The notes beneath the pieces were generated by a model. It worked only from the letters and a program-made list of their open reading frames with translations, was not told the origin of the DNA and made no database searches. The position numbers were made by a program, and so were the translations under genes. From Lytechinus pictus (Eukaryota), in NCBI RefSeq assembly GCF_037042905.1, contig NC_087250.1, positions 12,154,001 through 12,218,000 on the forward strand: 64,000 nt of DNA, given 5' to 3'. Position 1 is the stretch's first letter; each line of letters starts with the position of its first letter. Below are positions 48,588-61,594 of this stretch, piece after piece.

Positions 48588-50396
48588 CATGGGTGTCGAT
48601 CACGGGGGGGATGGGGGGGATATATCCCCCCCAATATTTCAAGTGGGGGGGGGGGTGGCCTGTATTATCATCCCCCCCCCCAATAATTTAGGGTAGAAAA
48701 TTATAATAATGATGATGAAAAAATTAAAAGTTTGATCATGATAATTATAGTGATGATTATGTCATCAATCAGTTTGTTTCCTTCGCAATTTGTGTATATT
48801 GTTATTAATTAAAAACATTCTTTTTCAGGACTATTAAACAGATGCGTGGAGGTTCAGGATGAAAAAGAGTGAAATGTTTTTGTATATGATATTTTTAACA
48901 CATGACATAAAAGGACCCCAACGAAAAACAACTTTTGTTGATAGGGTGTTCCATCCCACCAGTGGTGAAAAAAATAATTTTAATACATCAATTAATTCAA
49001 AAGGGTGGACAATAAACGGGAGTAAAAGGGTGGCAAGATAAATCGTCTAAGGAATGACCATATAGCTATTACATACAGTAATAGCTCTATGGAATGACGG
49101 TAAGCCCGATGGCGCACGAGAAGCCACATAGTTTGTAATTTGTGCTAGTCTTAATTGGTCCGAATCTGCATGTTATCATCATGCATTAAGAAAAAAGATA
49201 TTGCCAGTCGGGTTAGATTTAAGAGAGACATTGTATACACAGAGGCGTCGATTCGGGGGGGGGGGCGATCACCCCACCAATGAAAATATTTGGGGGGAAC
49301 ATATCGTTTTGCCACCTCCCAATAATTCCGCATGTGCAACTAAAAAATAAGATTGTAATGCTACACTGAAACCAGCAAGCGAGATTGAGATACCAACTCG
49401 ATTTTGATTTAAAATCGTGCTCAAAATGTCTGCTTTTCAGATTGGAATATAAAAATTTTCAGCTCGCGCTTCGCGCTTGCATCATTTCTGTACCAAAACC
49501 CCATACTTTTCATGATTAAATAGGTGAATAGAATGTCCCGCTTTCAGTTCTATACCTCAAAAGAATTCCCGCTTCGATTTGCAATAATCTTTTGATGGAT
49601 ATATATATCTTGTTCTTTATTAAAAGCGTCCATTAAACTGTCTTTTTTTTCCAGATCGAAATATCAAAATTTTCAGCTGGCGCTTTGCGCTCGCATCTAT
49701 TGTTCTTCTAGATACCCATCTTAATCATTGGTACCAAAAATGCTTAGAATATCAAGCTTTCACGTCAGAATATAAAGAAATTTTTAGCTCGCTCTCTAGT
49801 GAGATTCATGTATTTATGCTCCTCATGAGTTACTACAAACAAACCTAAACAGGTACATTTTTCCTGTTTTCGTGTCATACTAAAAAAATTCAGCTCGCGC
49901 TTCGCGCTCGCATTGTTGGTGAGGGTAAGATATGTGTCTATTTCTCATGAGTCATATATATATGTATGCATATATATATATATAATATAGGCCTAGTGTG
50001 TGGGTGAGTTTGTTCGTTTTGTATGATCGAGCGCCTTTGGAACGTTGATTCATGATTTCCCCCCCCCCCAATCTGAAAAATGGATCGACGCCCCTGTGTA
50101 TACACCATGCTCAGTAAACAGATCACTATGCACATGGTCCAGACAATTTTTGTCATTTTTTTCTTTCGTATGAGTTTAGAATAGGCTTACTTGTAACACA
50201 AATTGAATTTTCAAAAAAAATTATATAAGTACAGTACACTACAACAATGAAGGAGTTTCCAAGAACACCATGCATATCAATTACTCCAAAATGTCCTAAC
50301 TTGTGATTTTAGTGGGGGTAATGTTGAAAGATCCCCATCCACAAGAACTTTTGTGTGAATCATCCCCCCAACCAAGAATACCGATCGACACCCATG
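48588..50396. mobile_element. Non-autonomous hAT-type element with 8-bp TSD, containing a second nested hAT-type element (49240-50096)
   Basis: Outer TTTACAAG|CATGGGTGTCGATC ... GATCGACACCCATG|TTTACAAG. Inner TGTATACA|CAGAGGCGTCGATTC ... GATCGACGCCCCTG|TGTATACA. Both TSDs are perfect. Confidence 0.9.
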
Positions 50397-50725
50397 TTTA
50401 CAAGCATTCTGAATGCAAACTATCTTTCTTAAGTTTCTGTTGACCCAATGTAACCAGCCACCCCCAAACCACCAATAAGTCGCCAAGGAAGGTTCTCTGT
50501 GATAGCCAAAAATAGTAAGTTGGTCTTCAAAAAGCCACAATTAAAAAAATAGCTTATCCGAAGGATTATTTTCTCCTTTATGCTGTAAAATTCCAAATTG
50601 TAAAGTTGATAAGAAAACAAGATACAAGTGTTTTTTTTTACACAAGTTTTTTTCTGGACTGCTTGGAAGTTTGGTTGAAATTGCAAAGTGTGCTCATGTT
50701 TGCAGGTTTAGTCACACGAAGTCGA

Positions 50726-52062
50726 TACACACTAAGAAATCCCGGTGCAAATGGGGTGTACATGCGTACACCCCTTAAAGGGGAATCCAACCCAAATAAA
50801 AACTTGTTTTTATAAGAAAAAGAAAAATCATACAAGTTGATAGGTGAAAGTTTGAACAATATTGGACGATCAACAACAAGAAAGTTATGATTTTTTTAAA
50901 GTTGTAAATATTGGTAATCACTATACTCATGGAGACTTCAAATTGGCCGCATATGGGATGTAATAGTGATGTAAGGCAAGGACTGCTCTTCCATGTACTC
51001 CAATACATATTATGGCTAAAATGTCATATTTCCCAAAAGTTTTACTTCAAATTATATTTTTCTTTCATCATGAGGACATAAAACAATATACTACCTGGGT
51101 TATATTTAGATTACTGCCCCAGGGGAATGGGTACTTAGGAGAAAACCACAAATCCCTGATAATAGATTACATGGCCTATGGGAAAGTTGTCCTTGCCCCT
51201 TGCCATAATTTACTTACGCAGTTGCCAATTTGAAATGTACATACTATTAGTGATCTCAATTTTATAACAGCTATAACTTTGTTATTGCTTGTCCGATTTC
51301 TTTCAAACTTTCACCATTCCGTTTAATTTATTTTTCTCCTTTCCAACAAAACATTTTATGGCCAAGGCTGGATTCCCCGTTAATACCATCGAGGTGCAAG
51401 TTAGCTCTTATGCAAGAGTACGTGTCTGTTGTACACCCTTGTACTCTTTTCGTGCGCCCCACCAGTCTCGCTGATAGACGTATGCCATGGTATAGATAAA
51501 TTTGATTTGTGATCGAAGATTACCCGAAAAAACGAAGCACCAACGCCACACTTTACCTAAGTGAAATGGTTTGTTATATATGTAATATTTATGTGATGAT
51601 AATTGTTTAAAAAACACATTTGATTACATATACATTTGGAGAAACAGTAAATAGAGCTACTTGAATCACAACCATCAGCACAAGTAAAAAAGGAATCGGA
51701 TCATGTCGCTAGAGACCTCATCTGGTTTCAGCGCTTCCTGCTGGCCTAGCGGGAAGAATATTGACTACAGATAAAACGAGGTGAGATCGAGTCCCAACTA
51801 AAGTAACTAAAAAAAACGATACAGAAAGTGAATGGACCGGAAGTCTCGACAATATTTTATGTTATTTTAGGTTGGGTTCATTATGCACCCTAAGGGGTAG
51901 ACGTGTACACCCTCTAAGGTGCAGATGGACACCCCAAATAGGGGTGCACACTGTACACCACTATTTGGGGTGTATACGTGTGCACCGCTAGGGGTACTCG
52001 TATAGGGACAAGCCTGTGCACCCCTAGGGGTGTAAAATTGAACCCGAATTTCTTAGTGAGTA
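50726..52062. mobile_element. TA-flanked MITE (CACTAAGAAAT TIR) with a nested TTAA-flanked MITE at 50775-51383
   Basis: CACTAAGAAATCCCGG / CCCGAATTTCTTAGTG termini with GGGGTGTAC repeats. Inner TTAA|AGGGGAATCCA...TGGATTCCCCG|TTAA. Confidence 0.7.
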
Positions 52063-52257
52063 TGATTAGATGAATTGTCAATGAATTCAACCTTTTATTC
52101 GACAAAATATAAAGACGAAGTGGGCTCCGCTGCATAAAAATTACTAAATATGGTAACTTTAATGGAATCTTTGATTTTGATTGGCTGATGGGCGCTGTAC
52201 CATGGTGATTGGTGAAATTACCATATAAGGAACAAAGTCCATCTAGGTTTATGCTTA

Positions 52258-52379
52258 TTAGAGGTTGACTGGTTTCTTAATTAATAAGGCCGGGAACATC
52301 AACAAGAACACAGCAATATCCACACCAGCTAGAAGTTTGAAAGTAGCGTCATACGAAGCAAAATGTTGAGCAACAACAC
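52258..52379 (-). CDS. SLC16-like last exon (GVVAQHFASYDATFKLLAG...KKPVNL*)
   Basis: TTCCGTAG| acceptor, TAA at 52260-52258. Encodes the last TM. Confidence 0.8.
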
Positions 52380-53662
52380 CTACGGAAAAAATAGAAACAA
52401 AAAAGCATTACATAATTACGTACTAACCGTAGAATAAGAGGGCATACCTCCTGGAAAAACACAGCGACGTACAGTGTGTGTTTGTGTGTATTTGAGTTTT
52501 GTCAGACGTGTATCAATAATATATGATTATTTACGTCTGGGACCGACCTTTAACGTCACCATCCGAAAGACGTGACCTCGAACCTCTGCATCAATTTGTA
52601 ACTTCCCCACAGCTTGGAAAACAGGCGCACGCCACAACGCCTAGTGTGTTCACATAGTGGACTTATATTGTTAAAATGCGCGAATTTAACAGTGTGAAGA
52701 CAATTCTACACTGTGTGAACATCTCCACAGTGTGTTGACATAGTATACTATGTGAACACACTGTGGAGATGCTCAAATTTAACCGTGTGAAGATAACTCA
52801 AGACTGTGAATACCTGCAGTGCGGGTATATGCCTATACACTGTTAAAACCCCCCTGATTTTACAGAAAAAAAGAGAAGAAATTGCAGAAAGCAATAACAG
52901 AATCATTCTGTAAATTCATAAAACATGAATTTTTCTGCAATTTAACAGAACAGGTCTGTTTAAAAAGGGGAAAAGGGTGTTTTATCTAAGGAAATTTGTA
53001 AGGTTCCATACACCAAATACCAATTTCCTGTAATTTTACATGATATAATGTAAGATTACGCCATCTGGTAAGATTACAGATGTTCTCGAGACTCTGCTGC
53101 AGGAACTTATTTGATTTTAAGGATAAATTTTCTAACAGTGTATACAGTGCCCTGGAAATAATATTTTTTTTTTACTGGGGGTGTTGATGTAGATTTGACA
53201 AGAAAAAAGAACAAGAAAAAAAAGGGGTTCACTACAAAATGAAGGTCATTGTTTCGTAACGAGAAATTTGACAAGCAAAAAAAAAAAGGTTTCTGTAAAA
53301 AATTTGGTCATTTTGGTAACAACTTCGGAAAGCATGTTCCATGAAAGCTAAACGATATAAGTGATAGACCCCTAGTAATATTAGTGGTTTTTGACAAGAA
53401 AGTAAATTTAGTAGTAGTAGGAGGAGTAGTCGTAGTAATAGTATTGGTAGAAGTAGAAGTAGTAGTAGTAGTAGTAGTAGCAGTTGTAGTAATAATGGTA
53501 ATGGTATTATCATCATAAGTAGTAGTAGTAGTAGTAGTAGTAGTAGATGAAATAGTAGCAGCAGCAGCAGTCGTAGAAGTAGTAATAGCGATGGTGTGGC
53601 TATAGCAATAGTAGTACTGTGTTAGTTGTAGTAGTAGTAGTAGTGGAGTAGTAGTAGTAGTG

Positions 53663-53737
<75 letters not shown>

Positions 53738-56700
53738 AGTAGTAGTAGTAGTAGGAGTAGTACTAGTAGTTGTAGTAATAATGGTAATGGTATTACTAAT
53801 TATTATCAACATAAGTGTATATATATAGTTGTAGTAGTAGTAGTAGTAGTAGTAGAAGTAGTAGTAGTATTAGTATAGTAGTAGTAGTAGTAGTAGTGGT
53901 AGCAGTGGAGTAGTAGTAGTAGTATAGTAGTAGTAGGAGAAGCAGTAGTAGTAGAAATAGTAGTAGTAGTAACAAGTAGTATAGTATATCCGATAACAAG
54001 CGTATACAGTAGGAAATATTTAAAAACCATTAGGAACTTCAGTTATAAAACATGAAAGTAATCAACACAGAATATAAGTAGAAGATAGATATCAATAATT
54101 GTATATGGTCCTATGGCCTATATTCTAAACTCTGTTTTAAATCTAATTTTGGTCTAAATCTGGGCGAAAATTATTGGAAGATAGCAGATTAGCAGATTTG
54201 TTTACACTGTATGTGTCCATTATCCCAGTTTTTAAAGGTGAAGTATTTTATTTATCATTTTCTAGACAGTTCTCAACGAACTGAATGATAAATATGATTG
54301 TGATTACCTACTAATGTATAAGATTTCCGTGTTGCGTCACGTTTCGCTATTCAGAGTTAATAAACGATAGATTTGGAACATGGTTTAAGTTCAATGGGAG
54401 CTCTAGGTAGCCATTGCAGTAGGTATGAACATGGAGCTTTCTACCTCCATGTATGAATGAGGCAATAGCGCATCTGCAGGGTATTTGAAGGTCGAGTTTG
54501 AGGATCCATCAATTTAATTTGACGTATGTTTCCTGGGCGATTTGGACTTTTTATAGTCTTGTATTTCAATCTTGAAACCGCCTTCATCCCGTCATCAACA
54601 AAAATGTGTTTCAAATGATATCCTTACCTGATAGGTAGCCACCAAGAAAAGTACCCAGACCAAAGAATTGTTCATCAAGCGAACACAACACGTCGAAATT
54701 TTCCGGAGAAGCCCGCTTTTTCATCGTAAGTAGCCCCAGGACAGACATTCCAGCAATGGTAAGAGCAGAAAGAAACGCCGTCACAAACATCAAGTAATAG
54801 AACCGGAGGAACGCATCGCAAAGAATGGTCAAGGCGTTTAGCAAGGCAGCACCAAGGAACAGGAGGATGGGTTTTGTCAGTCGGCCGGAGAGGGCTCCTG
54901 CTATGATTCTCCCTAGAAAGTTCCCCAACGCGGCGAACAGTGTCATCAAAATTGTAGCATGGATAGAGTAGCCCCTCTGGATCACAAGAGGCACAAGGAA
55001 CCCGTGCCAGCCACAGGAGAGGAGGCCGACAAGCAGTGAATCCACAAGCATGGCAACCATCACGGGGTCCCTGTAAAAATCGCTCTGGTGAATACGGTGG
55101 TTCATCCTCTCAAGGAATGACCTTGATTCGGAGTTTTGTTCATGAGACTGACATGGGATAAGGCCCATCGATGAACCCGATGGACAGTTGTTGTCATCGT
55201 CATCATCGACATCATCATCATCATCATCATCCTCATCATCATCAACACAATCATAACAATCAGGCATTTTCCTCGTAGGTCTATGGTTACTACAGCGAGT
55301 TTCTTCTGGGTACAACGGTGCTTCTTCATTCCCATCTTCTGATGCTGGACTGCCGCTGCAACGGCTGAAGAATCTATCCTCGGAGGGTCCACTGGGCTGA
55401 TTGTTTGTTCGATGGCTCGTCGCCGGTGCCTCCCTGGATGAAGTCTCTATGGCCATGGCGCAGGGAACCAGGTTGGCCATGAGAACCCCAAGAAGGAGTA
55501 GACCGCCTCTCCAACCGTAGCTCTCACTGAAGACCTCGGCAAGAAACGGAAGTAGAACCATACCTAGTCCAAAACCGCTCAATCCCACGCCGTATAATAT
55601 GTTGAAGTTCTGCTCGCTAGCAACATGGCTTAAGGCAACTGTAGAGCATATCCCAACCATGCAATGGCCAATACCTATTGATGATAACGATAAGAATAAC
55701 ATAAACTTAATAGTATGCTTTTTTGTGCCCAAATTACAACCTCTTATGCTCAGAATCTCAAGTGTTATTGTAAATTCTGTTGGAGAGTCCGTTGTCGTGT
55801 GAAAATGATTGATAACAGCATCACAACAACTGATGTCAGTTATAACTATTGTTAAATAATGGGGTGGGGGTGTGATATGTCTACCTCTGAATGGATTTCT
55901 TGAAAGCACCGGGGCTTCATCTTTAGAAAATATCACAGACAAAGACAGACGGCGTAGATAATGGGAGAGGGTGTGTGTGTGTGGGGGGGGGGGGGCATTC
56001 CCAATTTTTCCGAGTTGGAGAAACTGTGTAAAGTCGCTTACCAGAAATCGATAGATAGACGGCGATAAGAGCATTATTTGTGGCTAAAGCTGTGAGGATG
56101 ACACCGAGAGATATCAGACACGATCCCAAGATCAAGATCCATCGACGAATCGATTTCACCCGATAGAGGGCGACGATCAAAGGAGCTAGAAAATACATAT
56201 AAGAAAAAAAAAGTGTATACAGACTGAAAGAGTTGAAACTGTGGTAGCCGAAAAAACCGCACTCCAGATTTGCTTTATAGTTTAGTGCAACATGATTGAT
56301 TTGAATTCAATTCTTCAATTCATATCCATTCAAACGTGATATAAAGTAATCAATGCAATATAAATCCCAAACAAATTAATGGATCGGCATTTTGGAGAAA
56401 AAGTAGTATAAAATAGAGTATATGCAAATGAGGACCGGGATCCGGCACTAAAAAAATAAGTATGGACCTTTGCGGATTTCAAGGATTTGAAATTAGTCTA
56501 GATCGGCTGTTAGTAGTGACCAACCGAACACTGCATACAGACTTTAAACCTTGTGGATTTGAATTCAAATCTAATAGATTTGAACTTAAATCTTTTAAGA
56601 TTAAGATGTTAAACCATAGGATTGAGAAATAAATCTTATTTTCGGCTGATCATTATTCACAGTCGATCTGAATTTATTCTAAATTTTTGAAAGTTGGCGG

Positions 56701-58456
56701 GTTTTCTGAGGCACGGTGCAGCTGGGGTCAATCTCGATTTTTTTTCTCGTATATTTTTTTCTCCCTCTCTCAAAAGCTTACAACAAAGAGACAAATAAAA
56801 CATCAAGGAACCATTCGTTGCATCCACGTTTTTTTAAGGGGGCAGGAAGATTTTATTACTTTTGAATAATTTAGCCTTCAGAAACTTGAAGCCCTCTATG
56901 AATGACCCTAAAATTTTAATATTGCTGGTAATGTATATGGAACTTCATCCAAACACTTTATCTACGTCATAGTTCTAATTTAAATCAGATTTGATTTAAG
57001 ATGTAAAAGTCTCACTCGATGTGAATGAGCTCAATGTCTGATAACTTGAAGTACACTCTTAAAGTAGTTGGGCAAAACATGCCCAACTTTTAAACAACCC
57101 TGGATAATAATTGCCCAGAATAGTATTTTTTTTTACCAACATACATTACCCAAAACAGTGGACAGTATGGCGCCCAACATTTTAAGTGTACAATCACTTA
57201 ATTTTGTTCTTGATTTCATGTTTTTTAAAGCGATGGTCCAGGCGGGATATATTAATATCTCAATAAATAGAGTTATATTCACAAAGCAAATTGCTGTAAA
57301 TTTGATCAAAATCGGATAACAAATAACGAAGTTATTGAATTTTAAAGATTTGCATTATTCAGATGAAACAGTTCTAGGCATGTCCTTATGAATATTCATT
57401 AGGTAGGATGATGATGTCATATCCCCGCTTGTTATTTTGTATTTTATCATATGAAATTAGATTTATTCAACATTTTTTATCAAGAGCTACAACAATTGGA
57501 TTGGCAACTGATTAAGTGCATTAGTTATTCATTGCAGCAACCTATTTCATCATAATGGAGACACATCATTTACACATGTATGAAAAATGAAACATTTATG
57601 ATTTCATGCAATAATATGAAAAAAATGAAAATGAATATCCATATTTTATTGTTCGAAATAGACAAGAAATGAAATACTCCGTAAATTTGCTTTGCCCAAT
57701 TGATCACGGGCCCGGCAGCCGCTGTGCAGCGCCAGATCGACGAGGCTCTATCCCTAATTGTTGAACGCCAAACAGGGTAGCAGCAACTGTCCGACGCGGT
57801 CGGGGATTGGACTCCCGACTTCCCTGTTGTGAGACGGACGCTCTGGCCAACTGAGCCAACACACCAGGGGAGCGTTTCATGAAAGGGCTTGTCGGACGTT
57901 TCATCCGACAAGTACTGTTTTATCCGACAGTTACTATGGTAACAGTGACCCTCAGCCAATCATTATCAAGGAAAGTTGTCAGATCTGACAACTTGTCGGA
58001 CGAAAATGTTGATGAAACGCCCCCCAGTTGTGATGAAAAAAGAAAGTGGAGATGTGACATTATCAGTCCACCTAATGAATATTCATGACGATGTGCATAT
58101 AACTGTTTTCACAAAATATTGATCAACTTTAACATTCAATAACTTCGTTATTCGTTATCAGACTTTGATGATAATTTCCGAATTTTACTCTATTTATGTA
58201 GATATAAATATTTTCAGCCCGGACCTTTAAGGGTTAATAAAACTTTACCAGGAAACTTTCCGAACGCAATGAAGAGTCCGAGGGCGACTCCTATATCTGT
58301 CGAGGACGTTCCTATGCTCTCTGAGATGTCTTTGAGGTAAATCCCGATGGCCTGGATGGTTCCAACTCGAAAACATGCCGTCAGAAACAGCAGAAACACG
58401 ACAGGGAAACTCCGGGGAACCCCAACCCCACGACTCCGATTTGATGTCCGCTCCAT
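52258..58456 (-). CDS. SLC16 / monocarboxylate-transporter-like MFS protein. Exons 58456-58249, 56185-56042, 55674-54628, 52379-52258. 506 aa.
   Basis: GT-AG introns, all phase 1, 1521 nt in total. Motifs include GFGLGMVLLPFLAE...YGWRGGLLLLG..MANLVPCA, a long hydrophilic central loop, GNFLGRIIAGAL and GLGTFLGGYLSG......SYDATF. Confidence 0.85.
52836..53142. mobile_element. TA-flanked CA...TG MITE
   Basis: TA|CACTGTTAAAA ... TTCTAACAGTG|TA with internal TTACAG repeats. Confidence 0.65.
53405..53990. repeat. (TAG)n microsatellite array in the last SLC16 intron
   Basis: Three imperfect TAG blocks, about 580 bp in total. Confidence 0.95.
54628..55674 (-). CDS. SLC16-like exon 3 (1047 nt)
   Basis: CAATAG| acceptor, CAG|GTAAGG donor. 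Core of the 487-aa ORF in the track. Confidence 0.9.
56042..56185 (-). CDS. SLC16-like exon 2 (APLIVALYRVKSIRRWILILG...LSISG)
   Basis: TTCTAG| acceptor, CTG|GTAAGC donor. 144 nt. Confidence 0.85.
57225..58230. mobile_element. TTAA-flanked MITE with a nested SINE (57625-57863, -) and a CAG-flanked MITE (57867-58025)
   Basis: Host sequence matches the element at ~9800-10317 in reverse. The nested pieces match 14600-14850 and 25355-25491. Confidence 0.7.
58249..58456 (-). CDS. SLC16-like first coding exon (MERTSNRSRG...FIAFGKFP)
   Basis: ATG at 58456, two hydrophobic segments and a CTG|GTAAAG donor. Confidence 0.8.
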
Positions 58457-58608
58457 AAACCGAGTCCTCTTGTAAAGTCAATATATGGCCGGAAGGCTTC
58501 GAAATCTGAGGAACATTGCATGAAATGTGAAAGCATCAGTAGATCATGTAGATTGCCATATGTTAGTTGGCATAGAAGCAGTCAGAGGTGTGAGTCCTCA
58601 GTCAATTT

Positions 58609-59050
58609 GGATCAGCCGTGGTGTGGTGGTTCTGACTCTCGCCTTGTGGGCAGAGGGCCGTGTGTTCGAATCCCACCGCGGTCTGGCGTCCTTTGGCAAG
58701 GCGTCAATCCACACTTCGCCACTCTCGACCCATGCGCTAAATGGGTACTCGGTAGGATGTGAAAGTCATTGTAGCTTTTCAAGTACTGCGTGTGCCTCAC
58801 TGGCGACTGACTGGAATACTCCCCAGGGAGTGGAGGATTTGCATACATTGTGTGCAGGAATGACTGATTGAATCCCATGCCATGACCATGATGACTGGCG
58901 GGGTAAAAACATAATTGTAAAGCGCGTAGACAGTTGGTCCGATACATCCATGACATCGCAAAGTATTTAAGCGCTATATAAAAGCGGATTATCATTATTA
59001 TTACTATTATTATTGCCATTATTATTATCATTATTATTATTATCATCATC
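58609..59050 (+). mobile_element. tRNA-derived SINE (same family as 19926-20270) with (ATT)n tail
   Basis: A/B boxes, shared body and a GCGCTATATAAAAGCGGATTAT tail. Confidence 0.8.
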
Positions 59051-59192
59051 ATCAATATTACATTATTATAATATTAAATTGATTTTGAAATATAAGTCAG
59101 CGCCGAAGGTTCTCAGCAGATTGATGAAAGCCAGCACGGGTCTGAGGTTGGTTACAGAATCTTCCTTCAGATTATCTGATAAATGTAACTTA

Positions 59193-59355
59193 TACCTCGG
59201 TCACATTTGCTCTACGGCGGCCGTACGGCGAGTCGAAAACAGCCGTTGTATTCATTATTATTCAAACCACCTTATGTATAGCTGGTACCAAAAATGTTAA
59301 AACGGCTGTTTTCGACTTGCCGTACGGCCGCCGTAAAGCAAAAGTGACCGAGGTA
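59193..59355. mobile_element. PIF/Harbinger-type hairpin MITE with TTA TSD
   Basis: TTA|TACCTCGGTCAC...GTGACCGAGGTA|TTA with arms of ~55 bp. Confidence 0.85.
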
Positions 59356-59759
59356 TTATACAGTTATAAGGCGGACATAACTCGGGTGGGGAGGGGGGGG
59401 GGGGGGCTTAAAGGAATTTTAATGGTTATGCAATGAGCCAGGTCCGGTAAGATGCCAATGCATCACTGGCATAAATCCGCGATGAAGTTATACTTATCAC
59501 GTAGGAGGGGAATGACACAAAAGATCACCCCCCCCTTAACGATAGGTTCAAAGCACGGATTTACGCCAACTATGCAATGTATGCATTATCTTTTGTTAGA
59601 TATACATGAAGCCCCCCCCCCCCTCCCAGTTAGCGTATTTTAGCATCCAATTCACAGACGCTCTTTGGAACGTTGAGAATCTATTGGTAATGCTTGTCAA
59701 ATCACATTGGTCAGATTACAAGTCATTGTCGAAAGTTGATGGACCGCGCACCAGACCAG

Positions 59760-60103
59760 GGGGCCGTTTCATAAAGCTTTACGTAAGTTAAGAGCGACTT
59801 TAAGAACGACTGGTGATCCTTTCTTACGCGCTAAACCATCGCCTATGGTGTATACCATTTACCAAAAGAAAGGATCACCAGTCGATCTTAAAGTCGCTCT
59901 TAACTTACGAACAGCTTTATGAAACACCCACCAGGTGGGTGTTTCATAAAGCTATTCGTAAAGTTACAAACGACTTTATGCACGACTGGAACATGTTCTT
60001 AGGTCATAACTCAATTACATAGGGATATCACATAGCACAAGAAAGGATCACCAGTCGTGCGTAAAGTCATTTGTATCTTACGAACAGCTTTATGAAACAC
60101 CCA
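59760..60103. mobile_element. Two adjacent CAG-flanked MITEs
   Basis: CAG|GGGGCCGTTTCATAAAGC...GAAACACCCAC|CAG|GTGGGTGTTTCATAAAGC...GAAACACCCAC|CAG. The first copy is an inverted paralogue of 32871-33040. Confidence 0.8.
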
Positions 60104-60364
60104 CCAGACAAAAAACAAAACAAAAACAAACAAAATATATCGTTTGTCCATGGTCCAGGACGACACTGTTGATTTGATTCACCGATTCTCGCCAAAGGCT
60201 GTTTTTTTTTTGAGGGACTTTTGACAAAATATTGTCAGCGTCATAGAAAGCGTATGCGAGGTGATTGTTACAATGCCCTTTACTTACTAACTATCATCAT
60301 CCGGAAGGGAATTTCATGAGCAATGTGGTAAAAGCAAATTAAGGGTACGGCTGGACATAGAAAT

Positions 60365-60598
60365 ACTAATAGTAATAACGTTTTATTTACCCAGGGTAGC
60401 CACTTCAATCATAAGACTGCTCTTCCAGCGGGCCCTGCATAACATAATATGTTATTATTACCCTTCTCCAGTCTAAATGCTGAGCGCCATGCAAGAAGGC
60501 AGAAGGTCCCATTTTTATAAGTCTTTGGTATGACCAGGCCGGGGATCGAACCCACGACCTCCCGTGCATGAGGCGGACGCTCTACCACTGAGCCAACA
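60365..60598 (-). mobile_element. tRNA-derived SINE (MetaSINE-like)
   Basis: Minus strand reads TTGGCTCAGTGGTAGAGCG...GGTTCGATCCCCGG, then GTCATACCAAAGACTTATAAAAATGGGACC. Confidence 0.75.
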
Positions 60599-61330
60599 TG
60601 CATGTTCGAAATGAAGTATAGTGGGGTCTTGAAAGCGAATTTTCACGAATACTGCGCAAACCCTTTCTGGAACGCTGAGAGTCTGTCAAGGGTCCAGGGC
60701 GATACTGCTTTTTTTATTGACCGATTTTCGACAAGGCTGCTTTGTTATGAAGGGGCTTTTGACAATAGATTCCCAAAGCGTTTGCGTATATGGTTGTGAA
60801 AATTTTCCACTCTATACATATCATATGATGTATTGTGAATCAGTAAATACACAATGCAAATAGATATGATAGATCGGAATAGATCTATAGCCTGAATATA
60901 TCATGCTATATATGTCAAGCCACCCTGAACGTTCGCACGCTGACTGTTCACTCGATCATATAAAGCAATATACAACATGTACCTGGACATGGCTACTTAC
61001 AGCACTAGTCCTGTGGTGAAATCCATAATCTTAGGACATCGAATTATATGACAAGCATCGCAGGAAATATGAACGAAATAGGCTAGAAGGTTCCTGGAGA
61101 AATATAACAAGATCTCACATAGCAATAATGGAAACAAAAACATATGCTTAAACAGCATAAATACTAATAGAAATGAAGAGTTTTGTGGGCAGGCAGGCAT
61201 CCTTCAGGTGCATTTAACCCTCAATGAACATGATGAAAGAGAAAATGAAATAAAAAAAATGAATTCTATCTGTTCGGGAATAATAACTCGACTAGTTTTT
61301 TTCACCGCTGGAGCGTAAAACAGACTGCAG

Positions 61331-61594
61331 TAAACATATTAGAGACATAAGCACTGAAAAAACCCCGGTGTTGATTTAACACCAGCCCCGAATCTATATT
61401 ATGTCTACACCAGAGAAGTGTTAAACAACACCAGTTTGGTTTTGGTCTAACACGAGATATGTGTTTATACAATACCAATTAGTATTAAAACAACATTGGT
61501 TTCATTCCAAACTGAATTACTTCAATACTTCTCTGGTTTGGACATATGTAGATTCCGGGCTGGTGTTAAATCAACACCGGAGTTTTTGCAGTGT
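61331..61594. mobile_element. MITE with ACACC/GGTGT internal repeats
   Basis: CACTGAAAAAACCCCGGTGTTGATTTAACACCAGCCC is mirrored by GGGCTGGTGTTAAATCAACACCGGAGTTTTTGCAGTG. Confidence 0.75.

Noticed and set aside
53232..54030. Poly-Leu/Thr/Tyr ORFs
   Set aside because: Translations of the intronic (TAG)n microsatellite.
55675..56074. N-terminal part of the 487-aa ORF 54611-56074
   Set aside because: 55675-56041 is an intron with a good donor and acceptor. The true frame comes from exon 56185-56042.
60540..60598. tRNA gene candidate (also at 19926 and 58609)
   Set aside because: A and B boxes are present, but the sequence runs straight into SINE bodies and lacks a complete acceptor stem.
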